Shown piece by piece: positions 32,001 to 42,865 of a stretch of 64,000 nucleotides of DNA (within the stretch, counting starts at the first letter, position 1; the number at the start of each line of letters is the position of its first letter). Below the pieces are notes generated by a model. It worked only from the letters and a program-made list of their open reading frames with translations. It did not search any database and had not been told where the DNA came from. The translations under genes and the position numbers were made by a program. Source of the DNA: Spirochaetia bacterium (GTDB lineage Bacteria; Spirochaetota; Spirochaetia; CADAEX01); NCBI GenBank assembly GCA_963662795.1, contig OY759746.1, positions 1,984,001-2,048,000 on the forward strand, read 5' to 3'.

Positions 32001-32918
32001 ATGAAAAAAATAAGCAATGAAAAAGAATTGCAATTATTTATTTCGAAGAATCCTTGGTTAATAAACATTAATTATGAAAATGTTCCAGATTTAAAAAATA
32101 ATGGAATAGAATATCAAGCTGGTGATCAAAAAAGAATTGACTTAATATTAAAAGATAAAATATCAAGTAGACCAGTAATTGTTGAATTTAAAATATCAAC
32201 ATTTTATCGTGAAAATATTGGACAAATACTAGAATATAAAGCCCGGATTATTTCTCTTTTAAATAATGAAGAAAATGAATTAAGCAAATTGTTTAAATCT
32301 TATATTTCAGTACCAATATTAGTGCTAATAGTAAAAGAATGTGATGATTTTTCAAGAATAGCTTGCAACATGGCAGGTATTAAAATATATGAATATAAAA
32401 ATTTTTCAAAACAAATTAATACTCCAAAAAAGCTTAAAACTATAGAAAACTTGTCAGCATCTTATAGAAAATCAATAATTCCAATTACCTTTAATAGAGG
32501 TGATGAAATTGAAAACCTAATCTATCGTAAAATTAAAAAAATATTAGAAAAATATAATTTATTAAATAAATGGATGGAACCAAGAGGAAATCAGTCTTAT
32601 TATCTACCTCATTATTGCAATATATTTATTAATAGATGGATGTTTTCAGATGAAATAGTTTCAATAGGTCTATTTGAAGATATAGTTAATGATAATAAAG
32701 TTGTTATAAGTTATTTTTGCACAGATAAAAATAAAATGAAAGATTTCGTAGAAAAATATAATTTGTACAATCATAGTAAAATATCTTGGGAATGGAATGA
32801 ATCTAATGAAGGGATAATGGATATAAAGTATGATTTAAAATATTTTAAAGAAAATGTGACAACAATATTTGAAAAAGAATTAAAAACTTACTTAAAAATT
32901 ATTAGTGAAATCAAATAA
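32001..32918 (+). CDS. NucS-like PD-(D/E)XK endonuclease domain protein
   Basis: 'EKELQ..EY..RIDLILKD..VIVEFK..GQILEY'. Confidence 0.78.
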   Translation: MKKISNEKELQLFISKNPWLININYENVPDLKNNGIEYQAGDQKRIDLILKDKISSRPVIVEFKISTFYRENIGQILEYKARIISLLNNEENELSKLFKSYISVPILVLIVKECDDFSRIACNMAGIKIYEYKNFSKQINTPKKLKTIENLSASYRKSIIPITFNRGDEIENLIYRKIKKILEKYNLLNKWMEPRGNQSYYLPHYCNIFINRWMFSDEIVSIGLFEDIVNDNKVVISYFCTDKNKMKDFVEKYNLYNHSKISWEWNESNEGIMDIKYDLKYFKENVTTIFEKELKTYLKIISEIK

Positions 32919-32939
32919 TATTAACAATACTATTTTGGA

Positions 32940-33232
32940 GTCCGGCCTTGGCGTTGCCGTGCGGCCTGGACAAGAAGCGGCTGGTACTGGAGCATAACAG
33001 CGATTATTTCGCTGCGCTCCCGATGGTCGCTTGGGCTCCTGCCAGTTGAGCTGGCAGATCGCCATATTTTGTTTTCATAAAACTGGAAGAACATGTATTT
33101 TATGCTTTTTAAAGTTTAAAAAACTAAATAAAAGTATTTTAGAGTTTAGCCACAAAACATCGAATAATCGCGAGACGTTATCCACAATATCATCGCAAGA
33201 TGCGATCGCCCGGACCTCCGGCCCACGGGCGA
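32940..33232 (+). repeat. Junction J20 (core C)
   Basis: TAAC(32998)...GTT(33177). Confidence 0.9.
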
Positions 33233-33293
33233 AGAGATTATTATTGCAAACAAAACAATTATACTTTTATAATAAAGAATAAAGGAAATAGAA

Positions 33294-34367
33294 ATGAATT
33301 ACAGTCCAAAGATTAAACTGATTTCAGATAAGAATGATTTAAATATAGTATCATTTATTGTTCTCATCCTTTCAGATATTTTTATAAGCATTATTTTATT
33401 TTATGGATTAAGCCAGCAAATTGAGCAGTTTACTGATGAATACAAGTATTTCCCGTATGAATACAGAAACATATTGATTGATAAAAACTGGGTAGAAAAC
33501 AATATAATTGAAAAGACAGCAGAGCATATACTATCAAGAAAAAGAGCTACCTATGAAAAAATAAATATTGAATATAAATTACATCCAAAATGTCAGGAAA
33601 TTGAAGATGTATTTAAAGAAATTGAAAATGACAATAATTTAGTACTTTCTCTAGAAGAATATGAAAGGCTGTCAAATAACTATTATACACTTAATAAAGC
33701 AGAAAAAGAATCTGAAGCAGGAGAAAGACTACAGGAGGAAATAGTTACTGCTGAGAAGCGGTTAAAAGAAGAACAAAAAATTAATAATCTTATTGAAACA
33801 GTTTTTAGGCTTCAGAAGTATGACTTTACGAAAGATATAATCAGATTCAGAAAAGTATTTGCTTTAAAAAGAACAATATTTGATTTTATTTTTCTCTTAC
33901 CTGTATTGGTTGGTTTTATATATTGGAACAGAAGAGCATTTAAAGCAGAATCATATATACAGGTAATTGTCAGCTCGCATTATATAATAGTTGCATTCTT
34001 ACCAATATTTTTTGAAATAATCCGCCTTGTAATTGAGGTTATTCCAAAAATATTATTGAAAACAATTTACGATTTTCTGCTAAAACTAAATTTAATAACA
34101 TTATGGTATTATGTAGTGCTCTTGCTCTCAGTATTTTTCATTATTTTTATTATATGGTTTTTACAGACAAAGATATTTACAAAAGAGAAATATAGTATAA
34201 AACAATATGAAAAGAGTAAATGCATTATTTGCAATACTCGAGTTGATTACTCAAATAATAATTGTCCGGCATGTGGAGCATTATTAAAAGTTAAATGCAA
34301 AAATTGTGGAAAGGAAACTATAAATAATCTTCCATACTGTATTAATTGCGGTAGTAAAAATATTTGA
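33294..34367 (+). CDS. Membrane protein with C-terminal double zinc ribbon (copy 1)
   Basis: TM helices, four CxxC pairs. Confidence 0.8.
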   Translation: MNYSPKIKLISDKNDLNIVSFIVLILSDIFISIILFYGLSQQIEQFTDEYKYFPYEYRNILIDKNWVENNIIEKTAEHILSRKRATYEKINIEYKLHPKCQEIEDVFKEIENDNNLVLSLEEYERLSNNYYTLNKAEKESEAGERLQEEIVTAEKRLKEEQKINNLIETVFRLQKYDFTKDIIRFRKVFALKRTIFDFIFLLPVLVGFIYWNRRAFKAESYIQVIVSSHYIIVAFLPIFFEIIRLVIEVIPKILLKTIYDFLLKLNLITLWYYVVLLLSVFFIIFIIWFLQTKIFTKEKYSIKQYEKSKCIICNTRVDYSNNNCPACGALLKVKCKNCGKETINNLPYCINCGSKNI

Positions 34368-34393
34368 GAGAAACTGGGTGCCTTGAAAAAGAA

Positions 34394-34664
34394 GTCCGGC
34401 CTTGGCGGTGCCGTACGGCCTGGACAAGAAGCGATGATACTGGTGGATAACAGAGGATAATGCGCTTCGCTCCCTTTGGTCGCTTGGGCTTCGCCACACA
34501 TCGTAGGTTTTGAACTACAACATTTATAAACAACAAGTGTTGGGAGAAGAATATTGCAGCTTTGGTATATTCATTCTTGGGTTACGATGCGTCGCTTATC
34601 CTCGGGACGTTATCCACAATATCATCGCAAGATGAGATCGCCCGGACCTCCGGCCCACGGGCGA
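34394..34664 (+). repeat. Junction J21 (core B)
   Basis: TAAC(34451)...GTT(34609). Confidence 0.9.
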
Positions 34665-34725
34665 AGAGATTATTATTGCAAACAAAACAATTATACTTTT
34701 ATAATAAAGAATAAAGGAAATAGAA

Positions 34726-35799
34726 ATGAATTACAATCCAAAGATTAAACTGATTTCAGATAAGAATGATTTAAATATAGTATCATTTATTGTTCTCATC
34801 CTTTCAGACATTTTTATAAGCATTATTTTATTTTATGGATTAAGCCAGCAAATTGAGCAGTTTACTGATGAATACAAGTATTTCCCGTATGAATACAGAA
34901 ACATATTGATTGATAAAAACTGGGTAGAAAACAATATAATTGAAAAGACAGCAGAGCATATACTATCAAGAAAAAGAGCTACCTATGAAAAAATAAATAT
35001 TGAATATAAATTACATCCAAAATGTCAGGAAATTGAAGATGTACTTAAAGAAATTGAAAATGACAATAATTTAGTACTTTCTCTAGAAGAATATGAAAGG
35101 CTGTTAAATAACTATTATACACTTAATAAAGCAGAAAAAGAATCTGAAGCAGGAGAAAGACTACAGGAGGAAATAGTTACTGCTGAGAAGCGGTTAAAAG
35201 AAGAACAAAAAATTGATAACCTTATTGAAACAGTTTTTAGGCTTCAGAAGTATGACTTTACGAAAGATATAATCAGATTCAGAAAAGTATTTGCTTTAAA
35301 AAGAACAATATTTGATTTTGTTTTTCTCTTACCTGTATTGGTTGGTTTTATATATTGGAATAGAAGAGCATTTAAGACAGAATCATATATACAGGTAATT
35401 GTCAGCTCGCATTATATAATAGTTGCATTCTTACCAATATTTTTTGAAATAATCCGCCTTGTAATTGAGGTTATTCCAAAAATATTATTGAAAACAATTT
35501 ACGATTTTCTGCTAAAACTAAATTTAATAACATTATGGTATTATGTAGTGCTCTTGCTCTCAGTATTTTTCATTATTTTTATTATATGGTTTTTACAGAC
35601 AAAGATATTTACAAAAGAGAAATATAGTATAAAACAATATGAAAAGAGTAAATGCATTATTTGCAATACTCGAGTTGATTACTCAAATAATAATTGTCCG
35701 GCATGTGGAGCATTATTAAAAGTTAAATGCAAAAATTGTGGAAAGGAAACTATAAATAATCTTCCATACTGTATTAATTGCGGTAGTAAAAATATTTGA
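34726..35799 (+). CDS. Membrane protein with double zinc ribbon (tandem copy 2)
   Basis: Near-identical to 33294..34367. Confidence 0.8.
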   Translation: MNYNPKIKLISDKNDLNIVSFIVLILSDIFISIILFYGLSQQIEQFTDEYKYFPYEYRNILIDKNWVENNIIEKTAEHILSRKRATYEKINIEYKLHPKCQEIEDVLKEIENDNNLVLSLEEYERLLNNYYTLNKAEKESEAGERLQEEIVTAEKRLKEEQKIDNLIETVFRLQKYDFTKDIIRFRKVFALKRTIFDFVFLLPVLVGFIYWNRRAFKTESYIQVIVSSHYIIVAFLPIFFEIIRLVIEVIPKILLKTIYDFLLKLNLITLWYYVVLLLSVFFIIFIIWFLQTKIFTKEKYSIKQYEKSKCIICNTRVDYSNNNCPACGALLKVKCKNCGKETINNLPYCINCGSKNI

Positions 35800-35825
35800 G
35801 AGAAACTGGGTGCCTTGAAAAAGAA

Positions 35826-36096
35826 GTCCGGCCTTGGCGGTGCCGTACGGCCTGGACAAGAAGCGATGATACTGGTGGATAACAGAGGATAATGCGCTTC
35901 GCTCCCTTTGGTCGCTTGGGCTTCGCCACACATCGTAGGTTTTGAACTACATTGTTTAGAAACAACAGGCTTTAAAAGAGACAAATTACAACTTTGGAAT
36001 ATTCATTCTTGGGCTACGATGCGTCGCTTATCCTCGGGACGTTATAAGCAATGTTCCCGCAAGAGGAAATCGCCCGGACCTCCGGCCGACGGGCGA
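35826..36096 (+). repeat. Junction J22 (core B)
   Basis: TAAC(35883)...GTT(36041). Confidence 0.9.
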
Positions 36097-36197
36097 GAGA
36101 TTTAATACAATAAATGATTTTCTCTATTGCCAAAATATGATATAAATAAAAGTTCTGAAAGCTTAAATATTGTGCCATTAAATGCTAAAGGATTTCA

Positions 36198-36827
36198 ATG
36201 AATTATCAGCCTAATAATATTCAGTTTAATTATAATGGAACGGAAGAATTATTATTATCAGATTATAATGAGAATACAAAATATTCGGGCATAGATTTTG
36301 CCGAACAAAATAATTCAAATATTGCTTTTGAAAATTGTAATTTTAAATCTTGTAGATTTGATAGTTTAATGTTAGAAAATATAAAATATTCATCATGCCT
36401 ATTTGAAAAATGTGAAATTATTTTAACTAAATTCAAAAATAATACCCTAAACGGTGTTAAATTTCTGGATTGTAAAATAATAGGGATTAATTTTACGGAA
36501 TGTAATGATTTTGGATTATCGCTTGATTTTGAAGGATCAATTCTTGACAGTGTTGTAATATTTGGAAAAGCATTAAAAAAAACAAATATTATTAAATGCA
36601 AAATAAAGAATTCATATTTTACTGACACTGATTTTAGAGAATCAAATTTCTCTGAAACTTACTTTGAAAAAGTAATCTTTCATAACTGCAATTTAGAAAA
36701 AAGTGATTTTAGAACAGCTTCAGGTTATGAAATTGATCCAAAAGATAACAAAATAAAAAATAGTAAATATAGACTTCCGGAAGCTCAATCGTTCTTAGGA
36801 TTTTTAGGGATAAAAATAGACTTCTAG
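36198..36827 (+). CDS. Pentapeptide repeat protein
   Basis: 'FENCNFKSCRF', 'FTDTDFRESNF', 'CNLEKSDFR'. Confidence 0.88.
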   Translation: MNYQPNNIQFNYNGTEELLLSDYNENTKYSGIDFAEQNNSNIAFENCNFKSCRFDSLMLENIKYSSCLFEKCEIILTKFKNNTLNGVKFLDCKIIGINFTECNDFGLSLDFEGSILDSVVIFGKALKKTNIIKCKIKNSYFTDTDFRESNFSETYFEKVIFHNCNLEKSDFRTASGYEIDPKDNKIKNSKYRLPEAQSFLGFLGIKIDF

Positions 36828-36850
36828 TTGTGGATAAAAAAGGAGGTTGA

Positions 36851-37444
36851 ATGTTAATATGCAATTCATTTTGTCCTGATGTGGATCAAGTAAAACATTT
36901 TCAAAAAAATAAGATAGATAATGAAAATATCAAAATGATCATAATATCAGAATCAGTACCCAAAAATATAACGGATTATTTTGACGGGAAAGGAGTTCCT
37001 GCATTTATTAAGAATACAAATACTTTATTTAATCAAATCGGATATGATTATAAAACATATGATGACTATTTAAGTAATGGTATTTATTTAACAACGGCAA
37101 TAAAATGTATAAAAAAAGGATATTTAGTATCAATAAAAACAATAGAAGAATGTTCATATATTCTGGAAAAGGAAATAATGTCTTTTATTAATGTAAAAGT
37201 AATAATGCTGATGGGTGATTTTGCTATTAAATCTATAAATTACATATGGAAAAGAAAATATAAGCAAAAAGTATTACCAAACGGTGCGACTTATAAAATT
37301 AGAAATGAAAAATATATATATAATGGAGTAAGGTTTATACCTTCATATACACAAACAGGAGATAGTTTTGGTATTGAAAAAAGTAAAGTATTAATGATGA
37401 AAGAAGATCTAGAACAAGGAATGAAAATAATAAAAGAAAAATGA
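36851..37444 (+). CDS. Uracil-DNA glycosylase superfamily protein
   Basis: 'IIISESVP', 'YLTTAIKC', 'VIMLMGDFA'. Confidence 0.7.
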   Translation: MLICNSFCPDVDQVKHFQKNKIDNENIKMIIISESVPKNITDYFDGKGVPAFIKNTNTLFNQIGYDYKTYDDYLSNGIYLTTAIKCIKKGYLVSIKTIEECSYILEKEIMSFINVKVIMLMGDFAIKSINYIWKRKYKQKVLPNGATYKIRNEKYIYNGVRFIPSYTQTGDSFGIEKSKVLMMKEDLEQGMKIIKEK

Positions 37445-37491
37445 ACAGGAAATATATATAGGTATAGTGTAATTACCTAACAGTTTAAGAA

Positions 37492-37744
37492 GTCCAGCCT
37501 TGGCTCCGCCGAGCGGCTTGGACAAGAAGCGGGAACACTGCTTATAACAGCGAATGACCGGTTCCGGCTGTTTCTAAGGAAACAGCCTCCACTCAAATTG
37601 CCGAAATAATACATGTTAAGAATAATGGAATAGAGTATAAACTTTTGGAGTGAAAAACACCATCGGCAACTTCGGTCATTCGCGAGACGTTAGCAGCAAT
37701 ACGTCCCCAAGATGCAATCGCCCGGACCTCCGGCCCACGGGCGA
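37492..37744 (+). repeat. Junction J23 (core D)
   Basis: TAAC(37548)...GTT(37689). Confidence 0.9.
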
Positions 37745-37844
37745 AAGATTTAAATATTTTTTAAAAAATAGTGAGATATATAATTAATAAACTGAGTGAT
37801 TTGTGAATATAAAATATAATGCATTGGAATAGTTAAAGTTTAGC

Positions 37845-38630
37845 ATGAAAAAGACTAGGAATAACGCAGAAGAATTTGCAAAAGAAATTATTGAGAGAGT
37901 ATTGAATAAAGAAGTTTTTATAAATGATGACAATACTCAACCAGGTATGTACGATTTGCGAATTGGTGAAATTGATGCTCCTGAATATGCAATAGAATGT
38001 ATTAGCTCTGCTGATCCAGTGTTTACAGAAACATGGAATGTTGGTCCTGCTAAAGGATCCTTTTATTGTAAAGTTCAAGGAGATTGGACAATAGAAATAG
38101 AAACTAATGCAATAATAAAAAGTATTAATAAAAAAATTGAGAAATTACTTCAAGAAATGGAAAATGCGAAAATATTCCAAATATCTACTAAAAAGCTTCA
38201 AAACTACTATTATGATGAAATATTAAAACGATTAAAAATATCATTTGTAAATTGTTATAGAAAAAATGGTACAGGGAAAATAATTCTTACAATGTCTGGA
38301 GGTGGTGGGGGAGTTGATTATAGAGGGAATTCAATTTCTCCATGGATTGAAGAATTTATAACAAAAGAAAAAAACAAAGATGTTATTGATAAATTACAAA
38401 AATCTAATGCAAAATATAGGCATATTTTTGTTTTTGTTGCCCTAACACAAAAAAAAGAGGATTGGGGAATAATCTCATATTTAACAGATGATTTTAAATA
38501 TCTTCCATCTGAAGTTCCTAAACTACCAGATTCAATAAATGGAATATGGATAATACCCATTTTGGGTAGTAGTAGTAATCAAGGTATTTATTATAATGGT
38601 CATAATTGGAATATTTTTAATATAAACTAA
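37845..38630 (+). CDS. Hypothetical protein (possible nuclease fold)
   Basis: 'EEFAKEII..YDLRI..AIEC'. Confidence 0.55.
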   Translation: MKKTRNNAEEFAKEIIERVLNKEVFINDDNTQPGMYDLRIGEIDAPEYAIECISSADPVFTETWNVGPAKGSFYCKVQGDWTIEIETNAIIKSINKKIEKLLQEMENAKIFQISTKKLQNYYYDEILKRLKISFVNCYRKNGTGKIILTMSGGGGGVDYRGNSISPWIEEFITKEKNKDVIDKLQKSNAKYRHIFVFVALTQKKEDWGIISYLTDDFKYLPSEVPKLPDSINGIWIIPILGSSSNQGIYYNGHNWNIFNIN

Positions 38631-38689
38631 ATGTAATACTTTAAATATACAGATTATTAATAAAAATAAATTTACGAGTATTCCAAAAA

Positions 38690-38943
38690 GTCCGGCCTTG
38701 GCGGTGCCGTGCGGCCTGGACAAGAAGGGACGTACTGCTGCTAACAGCGAATGACCGGTTCCGGCTGTTTCTAAGGAAACAGCCTCCACCCAAATTGCCG
38801 AAATAATACATGTCAAGAATAATGGAATAGAGTATAAACTTTTGGAGTTAAAAAAACACCATCGGCAACTTCGGTCATTCGCGAGACGTTATATGCAATA
38901 CGACCCCAAGAGGACGCCGCCCGGACCTCCGGCCCACGGGCGA
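38690..38943 (+). repeat. Junction J24 (core D)
   Basis: TAAC(38745)...GTT(38888). Confidence 0.9.
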
Positions 38944-39017
38944 AGAAAATAGTATCTACTGTATAATATACTTTATACACAAGATATATAGTTTTCTAGT
39001 TATTTAATATGTTATGT
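38943..39017 (+). other. Conserved leader with TATAAT and attI-like site (C25)
   Basis: CTGTATAAT..ATATATAGTTTTCTAGTTATTTAATAT-G|TTATGT; exact complement ACATAAC at 42305. Confidence 0.75.
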
Positions 39018-39045
39018 CGACAAAAAATCAATAATGGAGTGTTAA

Positions 39046-40605
39046 ATGGTTAAAATCAATAAACTAATAATAGAAAATTTCAAAAAATTCCGTTATAGGC
39101 TTGATGTTGATTTTAACGATGAAATAAACATTTTTATCGGTGATAATGAATCTGGAAAAAGTACTATTTTAAAGGCTCTTGAATATGTTACAAGTGGAAA
39201 TAGATATAAAATAGAATCGGATGGTTTTGATAAGATAATAAATTTAGACTCTGTAAATGAATTTATGAAGTCCGAAAAAAAGTATAATGACTTACCAGTA
39301 GTATTTGTAGAAGTCTACCTAGATTCAAAAGATAATCCAGCCCTAAACGGCAAAAATAATCTTCTTAAAAAAGAATGTGATGGATTAAGACTAAAAATAT
39401 GTCCAGATGATGATTTGTCTAGTGCAATTAAATCTATTCTTGAAGAAAGTGATGGCATATTTCCATATGATTTTTATACTATCAAATTCAATACATTCCA
39501 AGGTGAAGGTTACACAGGTTACAAGAAGTATATTCAATCACTTTTAGTTGATAACAGTTTGATCGGTGATGAGACTGCAATAAAGCAGTATATAAAAGAT
39601 GTTTATTCTGGTTTTGTGTCTGAATCAGAGGATAATAGGAATGAAAGTAACTATAGAAAATTAAAGAAAAAATTCACAGATGACACATTAAGTGCTGTTA
39701 ATTCTAAAATTGAAGACTATTCTTTTGGTTTAAAACATGATCGAAAATCTAATTTGAAAACTGATTTATCAATATATGAAGATGAGATCAGCATAGATAA
39801 TAAAGGAAAAGGTCGCCAATGCTTCATAAAGACAGAATTTGCATTAATGAAAGATACTGGACATATAGATATTGTCCTTCTTGAAGAGCCAGAGAATCAT
39901 CTTAGTCACAATAATATGAATCTACTTATTGAAAAAATACTAATATCAAAATCAAGGCAATTATTTATTGCTACACATAGCAATGAAATCTGTTCTCGGC
40001 TGAACCTTCTGAATAGCCATCTAATAAATAGTAGTTCTGAAAAAACATTGAAGCTTAATAAAATAAATCCTGAAACTGCTGATTTTTTTATGAAAGCTCC
40101 AAATAATGATCTTCTAAGATATGTCACTTCAAATAAGGTAATTTTAGTTGAAGGAAACGCAGAATACATCCTTATGGATGAATTAGTGAAAATTGTTTCA
40201 GGAAAAACATCCAAAGAGAATGGATTCTCAATAATTTCTGTTGGAGGACTTAGTTTTAAAAGATATATGGAAATTGGAAATTATTTAAAAATAAAAACAG
40301 CAGTAATTAGAGATAATGATAGTGATTATAAAAAGCATTGTATAAATAATTATACCGATTCTGTTTCCAAAGAAACAAAAATTTTCTATACAACTGATAA
40401 TGATTTATATACTTTTGAAGTTTGTTTGTATAATGATAATAAAAAATTATGCAATGAGCTATTTAGTGCAGGCCGTAAATCATTATCAGTTAAAGAGTAT
40501 ATGTTACAAAACAAAGCTGAGTCAGCTTATCAATTACTCAAAAATGGTTCTATAATAAATGTCCCAGACTATATTTGCGCAGGAATAAAATGGATAATAG
40601 ACTGA
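39046..40605 (+). CDS. gajA: Gabija GajA-like OLD nuclease (ABC ATPase + TOPRIM)
   Basis: GDNESGKST, LLEEPENHL, ATHS, VEGNAE, RDND; followed by UvrD helicase. Confidence 0.82.
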   Translation: MVKINKLIIENFKKFRYRLDVDFNDEINIFIGDNESGKSTILKALEYVTSGNRYKIESDGFDKIINLDSVNEFMKSEKKYNDLPVVFVEVYLDSKDNPALNGKNNLLKKECDGLRLKICPDDDLSSAIKSILEESDGIFPYDFYTIKFNTFQGEGYTGYKKYIQSLLVDNSLIGDETAIKQYIKDVYSGFVSESEDNRNESNYRKLKKKFTDDTLSAVNSKIEDYSFGLKHDRKSNLKTDLSIYEDEISIDNKGKGRQCFIKTEFALMKDTGHIDIVLLEEPENHLSHNNMNLLIEKILISKSRQLFIATHSNEICSRLNLLNSHLINSSSEKTLKLNKINPETADFFMKAPNNDLLRYVTSNKVILVEGNAEYILMDELVKIVSGKTSKENGFSIISVGGLSFKRYMEIGNYLKIKTAVIRDNDSDYKKHCINNYTDSVSKETKIFYTTDNDLYTFEVCLYNDNKKLCNELFSAGRKSLSVKEYMLQNKAESAYQLLKNGSIINVPDYICAGIKWIID

Positions 40606-41615
40606 TTCTTGCTGTCGCTGGAGCTGGAAAAACAACTTACATAATTAGAAAATTAACCCTTGAAAAAAGAGCCTTAATTATCACTTATACAAATAATAAT
40701 TTCGAAAATTTAAGAACATCGGTAATCGATAAATTTGGCTATATTCCACCCAATATTACAATTATGACTTATTTTTCTTTTATTCATTCATTTTGTTATT
40801 TACCTTATTTAAAAGATGAATGTAAAACAAATGGAATTTTCTTTAAGCCAAACATAAATCAATATGCGAAAGGACGATCTCGATACATTACAAATGGAGA
40901 CCGACTTTATTCTAATCGAATTTCTAAATTTATAATGGAAAAGGGAATTTTAAAAAATGTGATAGAAAGAATAGAAAGATATTTTGATTTACTATTTATT
41001 GATGAAATACAAGATTTTGCTGGAAATGATTTTAACTTTTTACTCAGTCTAAATACTTTGAAAATTCCTCAATTATATGTTGGTGACTTTTATCAGCATA
41101 CTTTTGATACGAGCAGAGATGGTATCGTAAATGGAACTCTTCATGATGATTTACAAAAATATAAAGAGTGGTATACAAAAATAGGATTTGATATTGACGA
41201 AGAAACATTATCAAGAAGCTATCGTTGCGGTCCTGTGATATGTGACTATATTTCAAGAAATTTAGGAATTAGCATAAAATCTCATAAACAAGATAAATCT
41301 TACATTAAGTTTACAAAAGATGAAGCAGATGTCAAAGAATTATTCTTAAACAATACTATTATAAAATTATTTTATCAGAAACATTATGCTTATAAAAAAT
41401 ATACAAGAAATTGGGGTGACTCAAAAGGAGAAAACCAGTATTTAGATATTTGTGTTGCATTGAATGATGGTACATATAAAAAATATTGCAGTTCTGAATT
41501 ACATAATTTACCAGAACAAACAAAAAATAAGTTATATGTTGCACTAACACGTGCAAATAGAAACGTATATATGGTTCCTGAGAAGGTTGTTAAAAAAATT
41601 GTGCAATCCAATTAG
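40590..41615 (+). CDS. gajB: Gabija GajB-like UvrD helicase
   Basis: AVAGAGKT, DEIQD, VGD..Q, SYRC, YVALTRA. Confidence 0.82.
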   Translation: MDNRLILAVAGAGKTTYIIRKLTLEKRALIITYTNNNFENLRTSVIDKFGYIPPNITIMTYFSFIHSFCYLPYLKDECKTNGIFFKPNINQYAKGRSRYITNGDRLYSNRISKFIMEKGILKNVIERIERYFDLLFIDEIQDFAGNDFNFLLSLNTLKIPQLYVGDFYQHTFDTSRDGIVNGTLHDDLQKYKEWYTKIGFDIDEETLSRSYRCGPVICDYISRNLGISIKSHKQDKSYIKFTKDEADVKELFLNNTIIKLFYQKHYAYKKYTRNWGDSKGENQYLDICVALNDGTYKKYCSSELHNLPEQTKNKLYVALTRANRNVYMVPEKVVKKIVQSN

Positions 41616-41635
41616 TCTTTATCTTTTTTTGTAAG

Positions 41636-42310
41636 ATGGGGTATGTTCAATTGAGTGAATGGTTAAATAAAGCAAAAGAAAATCTCTTCAATTCCAGTGT
41701 AGAAAAAAATAACCTTCAAAAAGCAATAACTGAATGGAGCGTAACAGAAAATGTAATAGATTATCTTGAAGAGGTAGAATCATTTGAGGATTTTTATGCC
41801 AGTTGTGAACTATGTGAGCATCCAAATCTTAGATGGCATTTTGAAATACTGAATGAGTATACAAATAAATCTTTATGGGTAGGTTCAAAATGTATTTTGA
41901 AGTTTGGAATAAGGCTTCTTGATGAATATGGATCAGAGTACAATCATGAAGAGAAAGAAAAAAAGTTAAACTCCATAATTACTAGAAAAAGAAAGTCAAT
42001 TAAAGATGAAAAGTTACTGTCTATTTTAAGGAAATTATGGAATAGAGATACAGAATTCAGAAGCTATATTGAAAAATCGGTTAAATTTTTTAAAAAAAAT
42101 AACTCATTTACACCCAAACAAATTCTTACGATAGATTGGAGATTAAGTAAACATCACATTAAATTTGCTAAAGAAATATTCAAAGTTAGAATAAGAAATC
42201 AAAAAGAACGAGATGAAATATATAATTTAGAAGATTGGCAGAAGGAGAAATTGATTAAGTACTTAACTCATGATCAGATAGAAAAATATATGAAAGGAAT
42301 GCGGACATAA
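41636..42310 (+). CDS. Hypothetical protein with putative zinc site, third gene of the Gabija cassette
   Basis: 'CELCEH..F.I.N..VGSKCI'. Confidence 0.65.
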   Translation: MGYVQLSEWLNKAKENLFNSSVEKNNLQKAITEWSVTENVIDYLEEVESFEDFYASCELCEHPNLRWHFEILNEYTNKSLWVGSKCILKFGIRLLDEYGSEYNHEEKEKKLNSIITRKRKSIKDEKLLSILRKLWNRDTEFRSYIEKSVKFFKKNNSFTPKQILTIDWRLSKHHIKFAKEIFKVRIRNQKERDEIYNLEDWQKEKLIKYLTHDQIEKYMKGMRT

Positions 42311-42442
42311 CAAGAGATTTGGAGTAGTCAAAATTTATTGTCACGATTCTGGCTAAAGACGTTCGGCTGATAGCCTCACTCCAGAATCGTGACAATTCCG
42401 CGAAGACACGGAACAATTTTGCTACTCAAATCGTCGTTATAC
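42305..42442 (+). repeat. Nested canonical attC (C25)
   Basis: ACATAAC..GATTTGGAGTAG..TTGTCACGATTCTGG/CCAGAATCGTGACAA..CTACTCAAATC..GTTATAC. Confidence 0.82.
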
Positions 42443-42466
42443 TGGAATATTTAGAAAAGAGGAAAA

Positions 42467-42756
42467 GTCCGGCCTTGGCGGTGCCGTGCGGCCTGGACAA
42501 GAAGGGGTCGTACTGCATATAACAGCGATTATTTCGCTGCGCTCCCTGTGGTCGCTTGGGCTCCTGCCAGTTGAGCTGGCAGATCGCCATATTTTGTTTT
42601 CATAAAACCGGAACAACATGTGTTTTATACTCTTCAAGTTTGTAAAAACCAAATAAAAGTATTTTAGAGGTTAGTCACAAAACATCGAATAATCGCGAGA
42701 CGTTCTCCGAAATACCGCCCCAAGAAGAGATCGCCCGGACCTCCGGCCCACGGGCG
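42467..42756 (+). repeat. Junction J25 (core C)
   Basis: TAAC(42523)...GTT(42702). Confidence 0.9.
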
Positions 42757-42830
42757 GAAGATAGGAAAAGAAAATATAATAATCAGAAAGTGTTTAATAT
42801 TGCTAAAATGGATATTGATTATTTGACAAC

Positions 42831-42859
42831 TTGACAAATAAAATAATTCAAAATATATT
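42831..42859 (+). promoter_or_regulatory. TA promoter, probably leaderless
   Basis: TTGACA-17-TATATT, ATG follows after 6 nt, no SD. Confidence 0.6.
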
Positions 42860-42865
42860 AATTGT

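Noticed and set aside
36198-36827. qnr quinolone-resistance call
   Set aside because: Pentapeptide repeats alone do not establish Qnr; no specific similarity recognised.
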